DNA of 64,000 nucleotides, from contig CAVXMC010000001.1 of assembly GCA_963762795.1 (NCBI GenBank), positions 251,148 through 315,147 of the forward strand. Reading direction: 5' to 3'. Position 1 is the first letter of the stretch. Every line of letters starts with the position of its first letter. Source of the stretch: an uncultured Actinomycetota bacterium. Lineage in GTDB: Bacteria > Actinomycetota > Actinomycetes > Mycobacteriales > SCTD01. Below, one piece after another: positions 48,849-60,644 of the stretch. Under the pieces are notes generated by a model, which was not told the origin of the DNA, did no database searches, and worked only from the letters and a program-made list of their open reading frames with translations. The translations under genes and the position numbers were made by a program.

Positions 48849-50014
48849 CGGCGCTTGCCGGTGGGACGGCCCGGGCGGCCCTTCTTCTTGTTGGCGCTGC
48901 CGCCGGGCCGGCGGGCAGCGGCCGGGGCGGCCGTCGCGGGGGGCACCGAGCCGCCCACGGGAGCGACCTCGTCGACGACCCCGGCCGGCTCCTTGGTCAG
49001 GGCCACCGCGCCGCCGCGGCGGGCCGCCGCACGATCGGTCCGGGCGCCGACGCCGGAGCGACGGGCGAGCACGCGCTGGGTGAGCGCCTTGTACTGCGGC
49101 TCGCGCTCCTTGAGCTCCACGAACAGCGGGGTGCACAGGAAGATCGAGGAGTAGGCGCCGGCGGTGATGCCGACGAACAGCGCCAGCGACAGGTCCTTGA
49201 GGGTGCCCGCGCCGAGCAGGCCGGCGCCGACGAACAGCAGGCCGGAGACCGGCAGCAGCGCGATCAGCGTGGTGTTGACCGAGCGCATGAACGTCTGGTT
49301 GAGCGCCAGCTCGGCAGCCTCGGTGTAGGTCTGCTGGCTGCCACCGGCCAGACCACGGGTGTTCTCCTGCACCTTGTCGAACACGACGACGGAGTCGTAC
49401 AGCGAGAAGCCCAGGATCGTGAGCAGCGCGATGATCGTCGAGGGCGTGACGACGAACTGCAGCAGCGAGTAGACGCCTGCGGCGAGCACGAGGTCGTGCA
49501 GCAGGCCGACGATCGAGGCGAAGGCCATCTTGGGCTCGAAGCGCACCGAGATGTAGATGATGACCGCGATGAGGAATCCGATCAGGCCCTGCAGCGCCTT
49601 GTTGGTGACCTGCTTGCCCCACGCCGGCCCGACGTTGGACGGGTTGATCTCGTCCTCCTCCACCCCGGGGAAGCGCTCGGTGATGGCGTTGATGGTGTCG
49701 TCGATCTGCTTCTCGGTCAGCGGCGGGGTCTGGACCCGCAGGTCCGTGCTCGAGCCGCGGCCGACCGTCTGCACGATCGGCTCGTCGAGCTGCAGGTCCT
49801 CGAACAGGTCACGGGCCTGCTCGACGGTCGCGCCGTTGGCCGGCCACTGGAAGGTGGCGCCGCCCTTGAACTCCACGCCCAGGTTGAAGCCGCGGGTGAG
49901 CATGCTGACCAGCGCGACGAGGACGAGCACGCCGGCGATCCAGTAGAAGCGCTTGCGCTTGCCGACGATGTGGAAGTCGGTCTCGCCCCGGTAGAGCCGG
50001 CTCGCGATGCCCAC
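48845..50014 (-). CDS. secF: Protein translocase subunit SecF
   Basis: ORF 48845..50014, 389 aa, uninterrupted: GFNLGVEFKGG..., LHDLVLAAGVYSL..., FDKVQEN... It has a basic C-terminal tail. Confidence 0.9.
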   Translation of the reverse strand: MGIASRLYRGETDFHIVGKRKRFYWIAGVLVLVALVSMLTRGFNLGVEFKGGATFQWPANGATVEQARDLFEDLQLDEPIVQTVGRGSSTDLRVQTPPLTEKQIDDTINAITERFPGVEEDEINPSNVGPAWGKQVTNKALQGLIGFLIAVIIYISVRFEPKMAFASIVGLLHDLVLAAGVYSLLQFVVTPSTIIALLTILGFSLYDSVVVFDKVQENTRGLAGGSQQTYTEAAELALNQTFMRSVNTTLIALLPVSGLLFVGAGLLGAGTLKDLSLALFVGITAGAYSSIFLCTPLFVELKEREPQYKALTQRVLARRSGVGARTDRAAARRGGAVALTKEPAGVVDEVAPVGGSVPPATAAPAAARRPGGSANKKKGRPGRPTGKRR

Positions 50015-50015
50015 G

Positions 50016-51789
50016 TCAGGCCTCCTTCGTGGTGGTGGTGGTCGGACGCGCGCGGAGCGGGTCGAGCGCCGGCGGCGGGTTGTCCTTGGAGACGGCCATG
50101 CCGGACACCGTCGGGTTGGTGAACCAGCGGTAGCGGACCAGCCACGACACGAGCGGCCGGGTGAAGAGGAAGACGACGAGGACGTCGATCAGCGTGGACA
50201 GGCCGAGGGTGAACGCGAAGCCGCGGACCGAGCCGACCGACAGGAAGTACAGGATGATCGCGGACAGGAACGACACCGTGTTGGCCGACAGGATGGTGCG
50301 CCGGGCGCGGACCCAGGCCCGGTCGGCCGCGGTGCGCGGTGTGCGTCCGTCCCGGATCTCGTCCTTGAGGCGTTCGAAGAACACGACGAACGAGTCGGCG
50401 GTGATGCCGACGGCGACGATGAAGCCGGCGATGCCGGCGAGCGACAGCGCGAAGCCGATGACGTCGCCGAGGATCGACACCGCGGCGAAGGTGATGATGC
50501 CGGACACCGTCAGGCCGAGGACCGTGACGAGCCCGAGCACGCGGTAGTAGGCGAGCGCGTAGAGCACGACGACGGCGAGGCCGAGACCACCGGCGAGCAG
50601 GCCGGCGCTGAGCTGGTCGTCGCCGAGGGTCGCCGAGACGACCTCGACCTGGCTGTTCTGGAACGACAGCGGCAGGGCGCCGTACTTCAGGGTGTTGGCG
50701 AGGTCGTTGGCGCTCTTCTGGTTGAAGTTGCCGGTGATCTGCGCGTCGGAGTCGATGCGGCTCTGGATGGTCGGCGCCGACAGGACGACGCCGTCCAGGA
50801 CGATCGCGACCTGCTTGCCGAGGGTGGCCGCGGTCAGGTCGGTGAACTTGTTCTGGCCCTTGCCGGTGAAGTCGACGATGACCTGCCACTCGTTGCCGAG
50901 CTGCTGGTCGAGCTGCGCGCTGGCGCCCTGCACGTCGGTGCCGATGACCTTGGCGACGTCGAGCTGGTACTTCGCGGAGCCGTCGGACTCGCAGGCGATG
51001 ATCTGCTGCTCGGGCTTGTCGGTGGAGCCGCCGCGGCGCGCGTCCTCGTTGCTGCAGTCGAGGGCGGCGAAGGACTGCGGGGTGTACGGGTCACCGCTGC
51101 GCGGGCCGGTCGCGGCGGGTGAGCCGCTCGGCGCCGGGGTGGCTGCCGGACGGGGCGACGCGGCGGCGGAGGCCGCCGGGGCGGCAGGAGGCCGCCGGCG
51201 CGGCGGAGGCGGCGGGGCTCGCCTGGGCGAGCAGGCCGGAGGTCAGCGCGCGGCCGGCCGGGGCCGGGCTGGCGGCGGCGCTCGCCGCGGCGCTCGGCGG
51301 GCGGACCACCGCGCTGGCGGCAGCGCTCGGCGCGCCCGACGGCGGCGTCAGCAGGCTGGGCTCGGCGGTCGGCACGGCGGCCTGGGGGCTGCCCGGCGCG
51401 CTCTGCAGGACCTCGCGGAACCGGAGCTGCGCGGTCTGGGCGAGGCTGCGCAGCGAGTCGCGCGTGCCACCGGGCACCGAGACGACGATGTTGTCGCCCT
51501 GGGTCACGACCTCGGCCTCGGCGACGCCCAGGCCGTTGACGCGGCGCTGGATGATGTCGACCGCCGTCTCGAGCTGGTCCTGGCGCGGCGAGCGGCCGTT
51601 GTCGGTGACCGGGGTCAGGACGACGCTGGCGCCGCCCTGCAGGTCCAGGCCGAGCTTGGGCGTGAGCGGCGTGCTGCCGGGGCCGGCGAGGAACACGGTC
51701 ACGTAGAGCGCCGCGATGATCAGGGCGAGCGCGCCGAGGTAGCGGCCGACGTGCAGCTGCCCCCTCGGCGAGGAGCCGGGACGTGACAC
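50016..51789 (-). CDS. secD: Protein translocase subunit SecD; at least one frame break inside the Ala/Pro-rich linker
   Basis: The GTG at 51789 follows GGGAGA. The N-part lies in ORF 51091..51849 (RYLGALALIIAALYVTVFLAG...LGLDLQGGASVVL...IIQRRVNGLGVAEAEV). The C-part lies in ORF 50016..50933 and the upstream open frame (DCSNEDARRGG...LKYGALPLSFQ...GITADSFVVFFERLKDE...). The break is somewhere in 51130-51300. Confidence 0.88.
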
Positions 51790-51873
51790 GGGGAGGGTCT
51801 CCCATTCTCGGGCCCGGGCCGGCGGGTCGCGCGGCGCGGTCGGGTTCATCGGTGGAGCGGGGCAAGGGTCGGG

Positions 51874-52176
51874 CTAGGCGGAGGGCGGGGCCCCCGGCCC
51901 GTCGGCGCCCTGCGGCTCGAGCACGCGCACGACCGCGCCGGTCGCGAACCGGGCGCGCACGCCGGGCGCGATCTCGAGCAGCACCGCGCCGTCCTGGAGC
52001 TCGGCGACGGTCGCGTAGAGGCCGGCGGTGGTCATGACCGAGGCGCCGACGACGAGGGCGGACTGCACCTGCTTCAGCGCGCGGGCCCGCGCCCGCTGCG
52101 GACGCAGGACGAGCAGGAGGAAGCCGGCGACGACGACGAGCAGGAACAGCAGCTGCTGCCCGGCCTCGGACCCCAC
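51874..52176 (-). CDS. yajC: Preprotein translocase subunit YajC
   Basis: ORF 51874..52176, 100 aa: LLFLLVVVAGFLLLVLRPQRARARALKQVQSALVVGASVMTTAGLYATV. Confidence 0.85.
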   Translation of the reverse strand: MGSEAGQQLLFLLVVVAGFLLLVLRPQRARARALKQVQSALVVGASVMTTAGLYATVAELQDGAVLLEIAPGVRARFATGAVVRVLEPQGADGPGAPPSA

Positions 52177-52344
52177 GGCTCCTCCGTCTCCTGTGCGCGC
52201 GCATGGTCCCGCCCCGGCAGGCGTCCCGTCGGCGGCGGGGCCGCGGTCAGGACGTCGCGCGAGGAACGGGACGGACCGGGCGAGTGTACGGCGCAGCTGC
52301 GCTGGGCAGAGGCGACGGCGCGCGCGGGAGACCGCCCGGGGATC

Positions 52345-53397
52345 TCAGTCGGGCAGGTCCAGCGGCAGCGGCTCGACCGCTCCGGGGCGGGGCGGCTGCA
52401 GCCCGAGGTGCCGCCAGGCGGCCGGCGTGGCGACCCGCCCGCGGGGGGTGCGGGCCACCAGGCCGGTGCGGACGAGGAAGGGCTCGGCCACCTCCTCCAC
52501 CGTGGTCGGCTCCTCCCCCACGGCCACGGCGAGCGTCGACAGCCCGACCGGGCCGCCGCCGAAGCGGCGGACCAGCGCCTCGAGCACCGCGCGGTCGAGC
52601 CGGTCGAGCCCCAGCTCGTCGACGTCGTAGACGGCCAGCGCCTCCTGCGCGACCGGCAGGCTGACGACGCCGCCGGCCCGGACCTCGGCGAAGTCGCGCA
52701 CCCGGCGCAGCAGCCGGTTGGCGACCCGGGGCGTGCCGCGCGACCGGCCGGCGATCTCGTCGGCCGCGTCGCCCTGCAGGCGCACGCCGAGCAGGCCGGC
52801 GCTGCGGACCAGGACCTGCTTGAGCTCGGCCGGCGAGTAGGGCTCCATGTGGGCGGTGAAGCCGAAGCGGTCGCGCAGCGGGCCGGTCAGCAGGCCGGAG
52901 CGGGTCGTGGCGCCGACCAGCGTGAAGGGCGGGACGTCGAGCGGGATCGCCGTCGAGCCCGGGCCCTTGCCGACGACGATGTCGACGCGGAAGTCCTCCA
53001 TCGCCATGTAGAGGAGCTCCTCGGCCGGGCGGGCGATGCGGTGCACCTCGTCGATGAACAGCACCTCCCCCTCGGTCAGGCTGGTGACGAGGGTGACCAG
53101 GTCGCCGGCCCGCTCCATGGCGGGGCCGCTGGTGATGCGGACCGGCGCACCGAGCTCGCTGGCGATGATCATGGCCAGCGAGGTCTTGCCGAGGCCGGGC
53201 GCGCCGGACAGCAGCACGTGGTCCGGGGGCCGGCCGCGCAGCTTGGCGCTCTCCAGCACGACGGACAGCTGCTCGCGCACCCGCTCCTGGCCGACGAAGT
53301 CGGCGAGCGTGCGCGGGCGCAGGGCGGCGTCGACGGTCTGGTCGTCGGGCGCGGCCTCCGGGCGGACCAGCCCGTCGTCCTCGGGCACGGCGGTCAC
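52345..53397 (-). CDS. ruvB: Holliday junction DNA helicase RuvB
   Basis: ORF 52345..53397, 350 aa, uninterrupted: [51 protein letters not shown]. Confidence 0.95.
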   Translation of the reverse strand: MTAVPEDDGLVRPEAAPDDQTVDAALRPRTLADFVGQERVREQLSVVLESAKLRGRPPDHVLLSGAPGLGKTSLAMIIASELGAPVRITSGPAMERAGDLVTLVTSLTEGEVLFIDEVHRIARPAEELLYMAMEDFRVDIVVGKGPGSTAIPLDVPPFTLVGATTRSGLLTGPLRDRFGFTAHMEPYSPAELKQVLVRSAGLLGVRLQGDAADEIAGRSRGTPRVANRLLRRVRDFAEVRAGGVVSLPVAQEALAVYDVDELGLDRLDRAVLEALVRRFGGGPVGLSTLAVAVGEEPTTVEEVAEPFLVRTGLVARTPRGRVATPAAWRHLGLQPPRPGAVEPLPLDLPD

Positions 53398-53996
53398 CGG
53401 CCCCGGCCCAGCAGGGCGAGCGCCTCGCGCAGCAGGACCGGCACGTCGGCGTCGGTCGCGTCGGGGTGCTTGTCAGCGACCTTGCCGACGACGTCCTCGG
53501 CCTGCGGGGCGGTCCACCCGAGGCCGACGAGCGCGGCGCCGACCGTGTCGCGCCAGCCGGGCAGCCCGGTGGCCACCGCCGGGGCGGGGCCGGGCGCGGC
53601 GCCGACCTTGTCCTTGAGCTCCAGCACCATCCGCTGCGCGCCCTTGCGGCCGATGCCGGGCACCAGGCAGAGCGCCGCGAGGTCCTCGGTCACCAGGGCC
53701 CGGCGGACGGTGTCGGGCGTGTGCACGGTCAGCACCGCCTGGGCCAGACGGGGGCCGACCCCGGAGGAGGTCTGCAGCAGCTCGAACAGCACGCGCTCGT
53801 CGTCGTCGGCGAACCCGTACAGCGTCAGGCTGTCCTCCCGGACGACCAGGCTGGTGGCCAGCTCGGCGTCGTCACCGACCCGCAGCCGGGCGCGGGTGCC
53901 CGGCGTGACCTGGACCGCGAGCCCCACGCCGCCCACCCGGACGACGACGCCGTCGGGCAGCAGGCCGGTGACGGTGCCGGCGACGCTGGCGATCAC
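53394..53996 (-). CDS. ruvA: Holliday junction DNA helicase RuvA
   Basis: This is the last 200 aa of ORF 53394..54476, from [28 protein letters not shown]...[27 protein letters not shown]...[12 protein letters not shown]. Confidence 0.9.
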   Translation of the reverse strand: MIASVAGTVTGLLPDGVVVRVGGVGLAVQVTPGTRARLRVGDDAELATSLVVREDSLTLYGFADDDERVLFELLQTSSGVGPRLAQAVLTVHTPDTVRRALVTEDLAALCLVPGIGRKGAQRMVLELKDKVGAAPGPAPAVATGLPGWRDTVGAALVGLGWTAPQAEDVVGKVADKHPDATDADVPVLLREALALLGRGR

Positions 53997-54511
53997 CGGG
54001 CGGCCAGGGCGGCAGCGGCCGCGGCGAGCCGGGCCTGCGCAGGAGCCCGCCAGAGGTGGCAGATCGCGAGCGCGAGGGCGTCGGCCGCGTCGGCCGGGCG
54101 CGGCGGGCCGTCGAGCCGGAGCAGGCGGGCCACCATGGTGCCGACCTGCGCCTTGTCGGCGCGGCCGGAGCCGGTCACGGCCGCCTTCACCTCCGACGGC
54201 GTGTGCAGGGCGACCGGGAGCCCGCGGCGGGCCGCGCACAGCACGGCCACCGCCCCGGCCTGCGCGGTGCCCATCACCGTGCGGACGTTGGCCTGGCTGA
54301 ACACCCGCTCCACCGCGACCGCGTCGGGGCGGTGGTCGTCGAGCCAGCGCTCCAGCTCGACCTCGAGGGCGGCCAGCCGGGGCCCGAGGTCGAGGTCGGG
54401 CGAGGTGCGGGCGACGCCGACGGCGACCAGCACGGGCGGGCGGCCGGGGGCGCCGTCGACCACGCCCAGACCGCACCGGGTCAGCCCGGGGTCGACGCCC
54501 AGCACGCGCAC
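53993..54511 (-). CDS. ruvC: Crossover junction endodeoxyribonuclease RuvC
   Basis: ORF 53993..54511, 172 aa: [18 protein letters not shown]...AVERVF...[13 protein letters not shown]. Confidence 0.92.
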   Translation of the reverse strand: MRVLGVDPGLTRCGLGVVDGAPGRPPVLVAVGVARTSPDLDLGPRLAALEVELERWLDDHRPDAVAVERVFSQANVRTVMGTAQAGAVAVLCAARRGLPVALHTPSEVKAAVTGSGRADKAQVGTMVARLLRLDGPPRPADAADALALAICHLWRAPAQARLAAAAAALAAR

Positions 54512-54596
54512 GCCCTCGCCTCTCGTCAGGGGAACACCTGTTCGAGCGGGGAGCGTACGGCGACCGTCGGCCGGCAGCGGGCGCGACGCGCCGGGC

Positions 54597-56447
54597 TCAG
54601 GCCGGGCGCTCCTCCAGCAGGACCATCGCCCCGGTCACGCCGCCGGTGCCGTCCTGCAGCCGGCTGCAGGTGACCACGCACACGACCTCGCGACCGAACC
54701 GGTTGCGTGCCGGCACCTCGGTCTCGAAGCGGGGCTCCCCGCCGTGCAGCACGCCGAGCAGGCCCTCGCGCAGCGCGTCGACCGGCAGCCCGATGTCGAG
54801 GGAGAGGAAGGCGCGGCCCTGGGCCTCGTACGCCCGCAGGCCCCACATCTGCTCGGCCCGCTCGTTCCAGACCCGGATGACCAGGCCGGGGTCGACGACG
54901 ACGACCGCGGCGTGCAGGCCGAGCAGGATGCTCTCCAGGAAGGCGTTGACGCGGTGCACCTCGGAGGTGCGCTCGCGCAGCTCGTCGTTGACCGACTGGA
55001 GCTCCTCGTTGGTGCTCTGGAGCTCCTCGTTCATCGTCTCGAGCTCCTCGTTGGTGCTCTGGAGCTCCTCGTTGGTGGTCTCGAGCTCCTCGATCGCGCT
55101 CTGGAGCTCCTCGTTGGTGGTCTCGAGCTCCTCGTTGGAGCTCTGCAGCTCCTCGTAGGCCGTCTCGAGGGCGCGGTTGGCGGCGTCGAGGTCCTCGGCG
55201 AGGTGCCGGTAGCGGGTGACGTCGACGAAGGTGATCTGCACGCCGAGGTCGGTCGCCGCGTCGCGCAGGGGGGCGACCTGCACGTCGTACCAGGCCTGGT
55301 CGGTCCCCCGGCCCCAGGTGACGTCGCGCAGCTCGACCGGGGTGCCGTCGGCCTGCGCGGTGGCCACGGGGCGGCGCAGCTCGACCGGCGCCCAGGACAG
55401 CGGCAGCTCGAAGAAGGGCCGCCCGACGTCGGCGCGGGAGACGCCGAGCCGGCGCACCGCGCTCTCGTTGACGAGGGTCAGCAGGCCGTCGGCGTCGAGG
55501 ACCACCTGCGGGTCGGGTGCGCCGGCGAACGCCGCCTCGACGACGCGCGAGCTGCCCGCCTCGCCGTGCCGGCCCCGCGGCGTGAAGGGCGGCCGCGGGG
55601 GCTCGCGGTGGCCGGTCTTGACGAACATCCGGTGCTTGAGGTCGACCGGGGCGAAGAGGTCGCCGTGCGTCAGGAGCATCTCGGCCTTGCCGAGCAGCAG
55701 CAGCCCGCCGTCGCTGAGGGAGAAGCTGAAGCGCTCGAGCACCCGGGCCTGGGTCTCGTGGTTGAAGTACATGAGGACGTTGCGGCAGGTCAGCAGGCTG
55801 ACCCGGCCGATCGGGGCGTCCTGGATGAGGTCGTGCCGGCCGAAGATCACGGCGTTGCGCAGCTCGGAGCGGATCGTGAGCACGTCCTCGTCGCCCTCGA
55901 ACCAGCGCTCCACCAGCTCCGGGTCCAGGGCCTCGAGCGCGGACCGCTTGTAGCGGCCGGCCCGCGCCACGGCCAGCGCCGACTCGTCGACGTCGGTGGC
56001 GTAGACCTTGACCCGCTCGGCGAACTGCTCCGGACCCAGCACCTCGGCCAGCACGATGGCCAGGGTGTAGGCCTCCTCGCCGGTCGCGCAGGCGGCGCTC
56101 CAGACCCGGATCGGGCTGTTCGGGGGCAGCGACAGCAGCAGCTCGGGCAGCGCCCGCTCGCGCAGGACGGCCCAGCTCTCGGGGTCGCGGAAGAACGCCG
56201 TGACGTTGATGAGCAGCATGTCGAACAGCTGGCGGAACTCGCCCGGGTCGACCTCGAGGTGGTCCTGGTACTCCCGGACCGTCGCGTGACCGGTCGTCTG
56301 CATGCGCCGGGCCACCAGCCGCATGAGGCTGGACCGCTTGTAGCCGGTGAAGTCGGCCCCGCGGTGGACGCGCAGGTGCTCCAGCAGCGCCTCGAAGTCC
56401 GGGTCCGGCTCGGGCTGCGAGCGGGAGCCCCGGGCGGAGGCGGTCAC
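54597..56447 (-). CDS. CheR-type protein-glutamate O-methyltransferase fused to PAS - heptad coiled coil - PAS (no kinase output domain)
   Basis: ORF 54597..56447, 616 aa, uninterrupted. The CheR SAM-MTase core has [41 protein letters not shown] and [11 protein letters not shown]-like segments flank [59 protein letters not shown]. Confidence 0.85.
   Translation of the reverse strand: MTASARGSRSQPEPDPDFEALLEHLRVHRGADFTGYKRSSLMRLVARRMQTTGHATVREYQDHLEVDPGEFRQLFDMLLINVTAFFRDPESWAVLRERALPELLLSLPPNSPIRVWSAACATGEEAYTLAIVLAEVLGPEQFAERVKVYATDVDESALAVARAGRYKRSALEALDPELVERWFEGDEDVLTIRSELRNAVIFGRHDLIQDAPIGRVSLLTCRNVLMYFNHETQARVLERFSFSLSDGGLLLLGKAEMLLTHGDLFAPVDLKHRMFVKTGHREPPRPPFTPRGRHGEAGSSRVVEAAFAGAPDPQVVLDADGLLTLVNESAVRRLGVSRADVGRPFFELPLSWAPVELRRPVATAQADGTPVELRDVTWGRGTDQAWYDVQVAPLRDAATDLGVQITFVDVTRYRHLAEDLDAANRALETAYEELQSSNEELETTNEELQSAIEELETTNEELQSTNEELETMNEELQSTNEELQSVNDELRERTSEVHRVNAFLESILLGLHAAVVVVDPGLVIRVWNERAEQMWGLRAYEAQGRAFLSLDIGLPVDALREGLLGVLHGGEPRFETEVPARNRFGREVVCVVTCSRLQDGTGGVTGAMVLLEERPA
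54996..55163. repeat. Eight in-frame 21-nt repeat units inside the CheR-PAS gene (heptad NEELxxx coiled coil)
   Basis: Units of the form ct(g/c)(g/c)agctcctcg(t/a)t... run at exact 21-nt spacing from 54996 to 55163. Several units are identical (ctggagctcctcgttggtggt occurs twice). Confidence 0.9.
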
Positions 56448-57580
56448 TGCCCGACGGCCGTGTCGCCGCGGTCGGTCTCGGCCTGGAGCTCGTCGCTGAG
56501 CACCGGCAGGTCACGCGGCGGCGGCATCGGGCTCGAGGCCTCCTGGATGAGGAGCCGGCGCAGCACGGCGGCGTTGCTCTCGGCCTCCGCCGCCCGCTCG
56601 CGGAAGTGCCGGCCGGACCAGGTGCGGCCGGCCGCCTCGGCCGCCTCGGCGACGCGCACCGCGATGGCGTGCCGCTCCTCGAGCGCGCGCAGGGCCATCC
56701 ACAGGGCGGTCTCGACGCCCCGGTCCTGGCGCTCGGCCAGGCTCTCCAGGGACCAGGCGTGCCCGGTGCGGCAGCGGAAGCGCAGCAGCGGCCCGTCCTG
56801 GATCTCCCACAGCACGCCGCTGCAGTCGGGGCAGGACCAGGCCGACGGCACGCCGGGGTGGTCGCCCGTGTAGGGCCCGACCGAGTGCCCGAGGCTCATC
56901 GCGACCTCGGCCCGGTCGGCCCTCTCCACCGCCGGGGGGAGCTGCACCGGCTCGGGCGCGGCCGCGTGGACGAGCTCCTCGACGACCGCGGCGAGGTCGG
57001 CCAGGGAGACGGTCTGGGCGGTCGGCACTGCGGCCAGGGCGTTGCGGGGCATGCCGGGGAACAGCGCGGTGTCGGGGTCCTGGACGACGGCCGAGCCGCC
57101 GTGGCGGTCGACGGCCAGCAGGCCGGCGCTGCCGTCGTCGAGGTTGCCGGTCAGGACGACGCCCACGACCCGGCCGCCGGCCGCGTGGGCGGCGGAGCGG
57201 AAGAGCACGTCGACCGCCGGCCGGAAGCCGTTCTCGTCCGGCCCGGACGTCAGCTCGACGTGGTCGCCCTGGACGACGAGGTGGCGACCGGGAGGGGCGA
57301 CGAGGACCGTGCCCGGCACCAGCGGGTCGCCGTCGGCGGCGGCGCGCACCGGCAGGGCGCTGACCCGGCGCAGGATCTCGGGCAGCACGCTGGTCGCGCC
57401 GCTGCGCGGCAGGTGCAGCACGACGAGGACGCAGGCGGGCAGGTCGGCCGGCAGCGCCGCGACCAGGGTCCGCAGCGCCTCCACCCCGCCGGCCGAGCCG
57501 CCGATGACGACGACGTCGTGGCCGCCGCCCCCGGCCGCGGGGGGCGGCGCGCTGACGACCTCGTCGTGCGCTGTGGACAT
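56444..57580 (-). CDS. CheB-type protein-glutamate methylesterase domain protein without receiver domain, with Cys-rich/helical C-terminal extension
   Basis: ORF 56444..57580, 378 aa, uninterrupted. The ATG follows AGGAGG. Motifs: VVVIGGSAGGVEAL, VVLHLP, VVLTGNLDDGSAG. The C-terminal part is WSCPDCSGVLWEI...FRCRTGHAW plus a helical tail. 4-nt overlap with the CheR-PAS start. Confidence 0.8.
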   Translation of the reverse strand: MSTAHDEVVSAPPPAAGGGGHDVVVIGGSAGGVEALRTLVAALPADLPACVLVVLHLPRSGATSVLPEILRRVSALPVRAAADGDPLVPGTVLVAPPGRHLVVQGDHVELTSGPDENGFRPAVDVLFRSAAHAAGGRVVGVVLTGNLDDGSAGLLAVDRHGGSAVVQDPDTALFPGMPRNALAAVPTAQTVSLADLAAVVEELVHAAAPEPVQLPPAVERADRAEVAMSLGHSVGPYTGDHPGVPSAWSCPDCSGVLWEIQDGPLLRFRCRTGHAWSLESLAERQDRGVETALWMALRALEERHAIAVRVAEAAEAAGRTWSGRHFRERAAEAESNAAVLRRLLIQEASSPMPPPRDLPVLSDELQAETDRGDTAVGQ

Positions 57581-57652
57581 CTCGGGATCCTCCTGGCGTC
57601 GCGGTCTGGTGAGGGCTACCCGCTGACGCGCCGCTCCCCCGTGGAGGCGGGC

Positions 57653-58408
<756 letters not shown>

Positions 58409-58441
58409 GGTGCTCCTCCTCGATCGGTCCGGCCCGCGAGT

Positions 58442-59027
58442 CTAGTGGAGCCCCTCGACGAACAGGGCGTGCACGCGCGCGTCCCCGGTCAGCTCCGGGT
58501 GGAAGGACGTGGCCAGCAGCGCGCCCTGGCGGACGGCGACGGGGTGGCCGCCTGGCTCGCGGGCCAGCACCTCGACGCCGTCGCCGACCCGCTCCACCCA
58601 GGGCGCCCGGATGAAGACGGCGTGGACCGGCTCGGCCAGCCCCTCGAGCGGCAGCTCGGCCTCGAAGCGAGTCGACCTGCCGGCCGAAGGCGTTGCGCCG
58701 CACGCTGACGTCCAGGCCGCCGAGCGTCGGCTGCCCGGGCTTGCCGTCGAGCACCTCGTCGGCCAGCAGGATCATGCCGGCGCAGGAGCCGTACGCCGGG
58801 AGGCCGCCGCGAAGGGCCTCGCGCAGCGGCTCCAGCAGGCCGAAGACGGTGAGCAGGCGGCCGATGGTCGTCGACTCCCCACCGGGCACGACGATGCCGT
58901 CGAGCCCGGCCAGGTCCTCGGGCCGGCGCACCGGTACGGGGGCGGCGCCCGCGCTCACCAGGGCAGCGCTGTGCTCGCGGACGTCCCCCTGCAGCGCCAG
59001 CACCCCGACCCGGGGTGCTGCCGTCAC
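58442..59027 (-). CDS. pdxT: Pyridoxal 5'-phosphate synthase glutaminase subunit PdxT; one frame break
   Basis: ORF 58284..59027 reads [14 protein letters not shown]...PGGESTT...[10 protein letters not shown]...[10 protein letters not shown]. The continuation [10 protein letters not shown]...[22 protein letters not shown]-stop (TAG 58442-58444) is in the adjacent frame. There is an apparent single-c insertion at ~58672. Confidence 0.88.
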
Positions 59028-59932
59028 CAGCCGCGGGTGGCGAGCAGGTCGCCGGCGCCCAGCTCGTCGGCGGCGATGCCGACCATGGCCTCGCCGAGGC
59101 CGCGGCTGACCTTGGCGATGCGCTCGGCGTCCTCGAAGGAGGCGGTCGCCTCGACGCAGGCGCGGGCGCGCTGGGCCGGGTCGCCGCTCTTGAAGATGCC
59201 GGAGCCGATGAAGACGCCGTCGGCGCCGAGCTGCATCATCATCGCCGCGTCGGCCGGGGTGGCCACGCCGCCGGCGGTGAACAGCACGACGGGCAGGCGC
59301 CCGAGCTCGGCCGTCTCGCGGACCAGGTCGATCGGCGCGCTCATGAGCTTGGCGGCCTCGTACAGCTCGGTCTCGTCCATGACCGTGAGCCGCTTGATCT
59401 CGCCGAGGATGGTGCGGATGTGCGTGGTGGCCTGGCTGACGTCGCCCGTGCCGGCCTCGCCCTTGGAGCGGATCATGGCCGCACCCTCGGAGATGCGGCG
59501 CAGCGCCTCGCCGAGGTTGGTGGCGCCGCAGACGAAGGGCACGGTGAAGCGGCGCTTGTCGATGTGGTGGGCGTAGTCGGCCGGGGTGAGGACCTCGGAC
59601 TCGTCGACGTAGTCGACGCCGATCGCCTGCAGGACCTGCGCCTCGACGAAGTGGCCGATGCGTGCCTTCGCCATGACCGGGATGGAGACCTCGGCCTGGA
59701 TGCCGTCGATCATGTCGGGGTCGCTCATGCGGGCGACCCCGCCGTCGCGGCGGATGTCGGCCGGGACGCGCTCGAGCGCCATGACCGCGACCGCGCCGGC
59801 GTCCTCGGCGATGCGCGCCTGCTCGGGCGTGACGACGTCCATGATGACGCCGCCCTTGAGCATCTCGGCCATGCCGCGCTTGACGCGGTCGGTGCCCTGG
59901 GCGGTGGTGGCGGCGGCGCTGTCGGCGGGCAC
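59024..59932 (-). CDS. pdxS: Pyridoxal 5'-phosphate synthase lyase subunit PdxS
   Basis: ORF 59024..59932, 302 aa, uninterrupted: [14 protein letters not shown]...[13 protein letters not shown]... Confidence 0.95.
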   Translation of the reverse strand: MPADSAAATTAQGTDRVKRGMAEMLKGGVIMDVVTPEQARIAEDAGAVAVMALERVPADIRRDGGVARMSDPDMIDGIQAEVSIPVMAKARIGHFVEAQVLQAIGVDYVDESEVLTPADYAHHIDKRRFTVPFVCGATNLGEALRRISEGAAMIRSKGEAGTGDVSQATTHIRTILGEIKRLTVMDETELYEAAKLMSAPIDLVRETAELGRLPVVLFTAGGVATPADAAMMMQLGADGVFIGSGIFKSGDPAQRARACVEATASFEDAERIAKVSRGLGEAMVGIAADELGAGDLLATRGW

Positions 59933-59969
59933 GGAGGTTCCTCGCAGTCGGGGGTCGAGACCGCCGAGT

Positions 59970-60644
59970 CTACGGCCCGCGGGGCGGTCCGGCCTGGCTG
60001 CGCTCGGTGACGTAGGCGTCGTCGATGTCGAAGTGCAGGGGCATCACGCGGTGCCCGGCCAGGTGCAGCGCGCGCACCAGCCGGCGGGTGCGCACGACCC
60101 TGGTGTCGGTCACCGCGGCGTTGTGGAACGAGCGGGCCAGCCCGACCCGGGTGGCCGCGGTCGTCAGCTCGTCGACGAGCGCCGGGGCGGTGTCGGCCGG
60201 CACGAGCGGGGCCGCCGCGCGCAGCGCCCGGGACAGGTCGTTCTCCAGCGCCTCGCGGTCGACCGGGCCCGCGGTGAGGGCGGCCTGCGCGGCGCCGACG
60301 AGCCGTCCTGCCTCCGGCCCCGGCGGCAGGGTGGCCGCGACGGCCCGGGCCGCGGCGGCCCGCCGGACCAGCTGGGCGTCGAGGGCGGCCCAGGCGGCGT
60401 CCACCCGGGCGTGCAGGCGGTCCAGCCGACCGGCGGTCCAGGTGACGTAGACGGCGAGCAGCACGACGACCGCGACGGTGAGGACGACGGTCGTCACGGC
60501 GCGACCCGCTCCCGTCACCACCGCGAGCCAGCGGCGCAGGGTCCCCGACAGCCGCCCCGGGTCGTCGTCGCCGAGCCGGTCGAGCTCGTCCTCGACGTCG
60601 GGCAGCGCGTCCTCGTCGAGCAGCGCCGCCTCGTCCAGCCACAC
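59970..60644 (-). CDS. Membrane protein with LemA-like helical domain; start uncertain (same frame as the pimA 3' part, no intervening stop)
   Basis: This is the C-terminal ~225 aa of ORF 59970..60914. Candidate GTG at 60644 ([20 protein letters not shown]...). TM segment [19 protein letters not shown], then [29 protein letters not shown]...[17 protein letters not shown]. Confidence 0.45.
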   Translation of the reverse strand: MWLDEAALLDEDALPDVEDELDRLGDDDPGRLSGTLRRWLAVVTGAGRAVTTVVLTVAVVVLLAVYVTWTAGRLDRLHARVDAAWAALDAQLVRRAAAARAVAATLPPGPEAGRLVGAAQAALTAGPVDREALENDLSRALRAAAPLVPADTAPALVDELTTAATRVGLARSFHNAAVTDTRVVRTRRLVRALHLAGHRVMPLHFDIDDAYVTERSQAGPPRGP

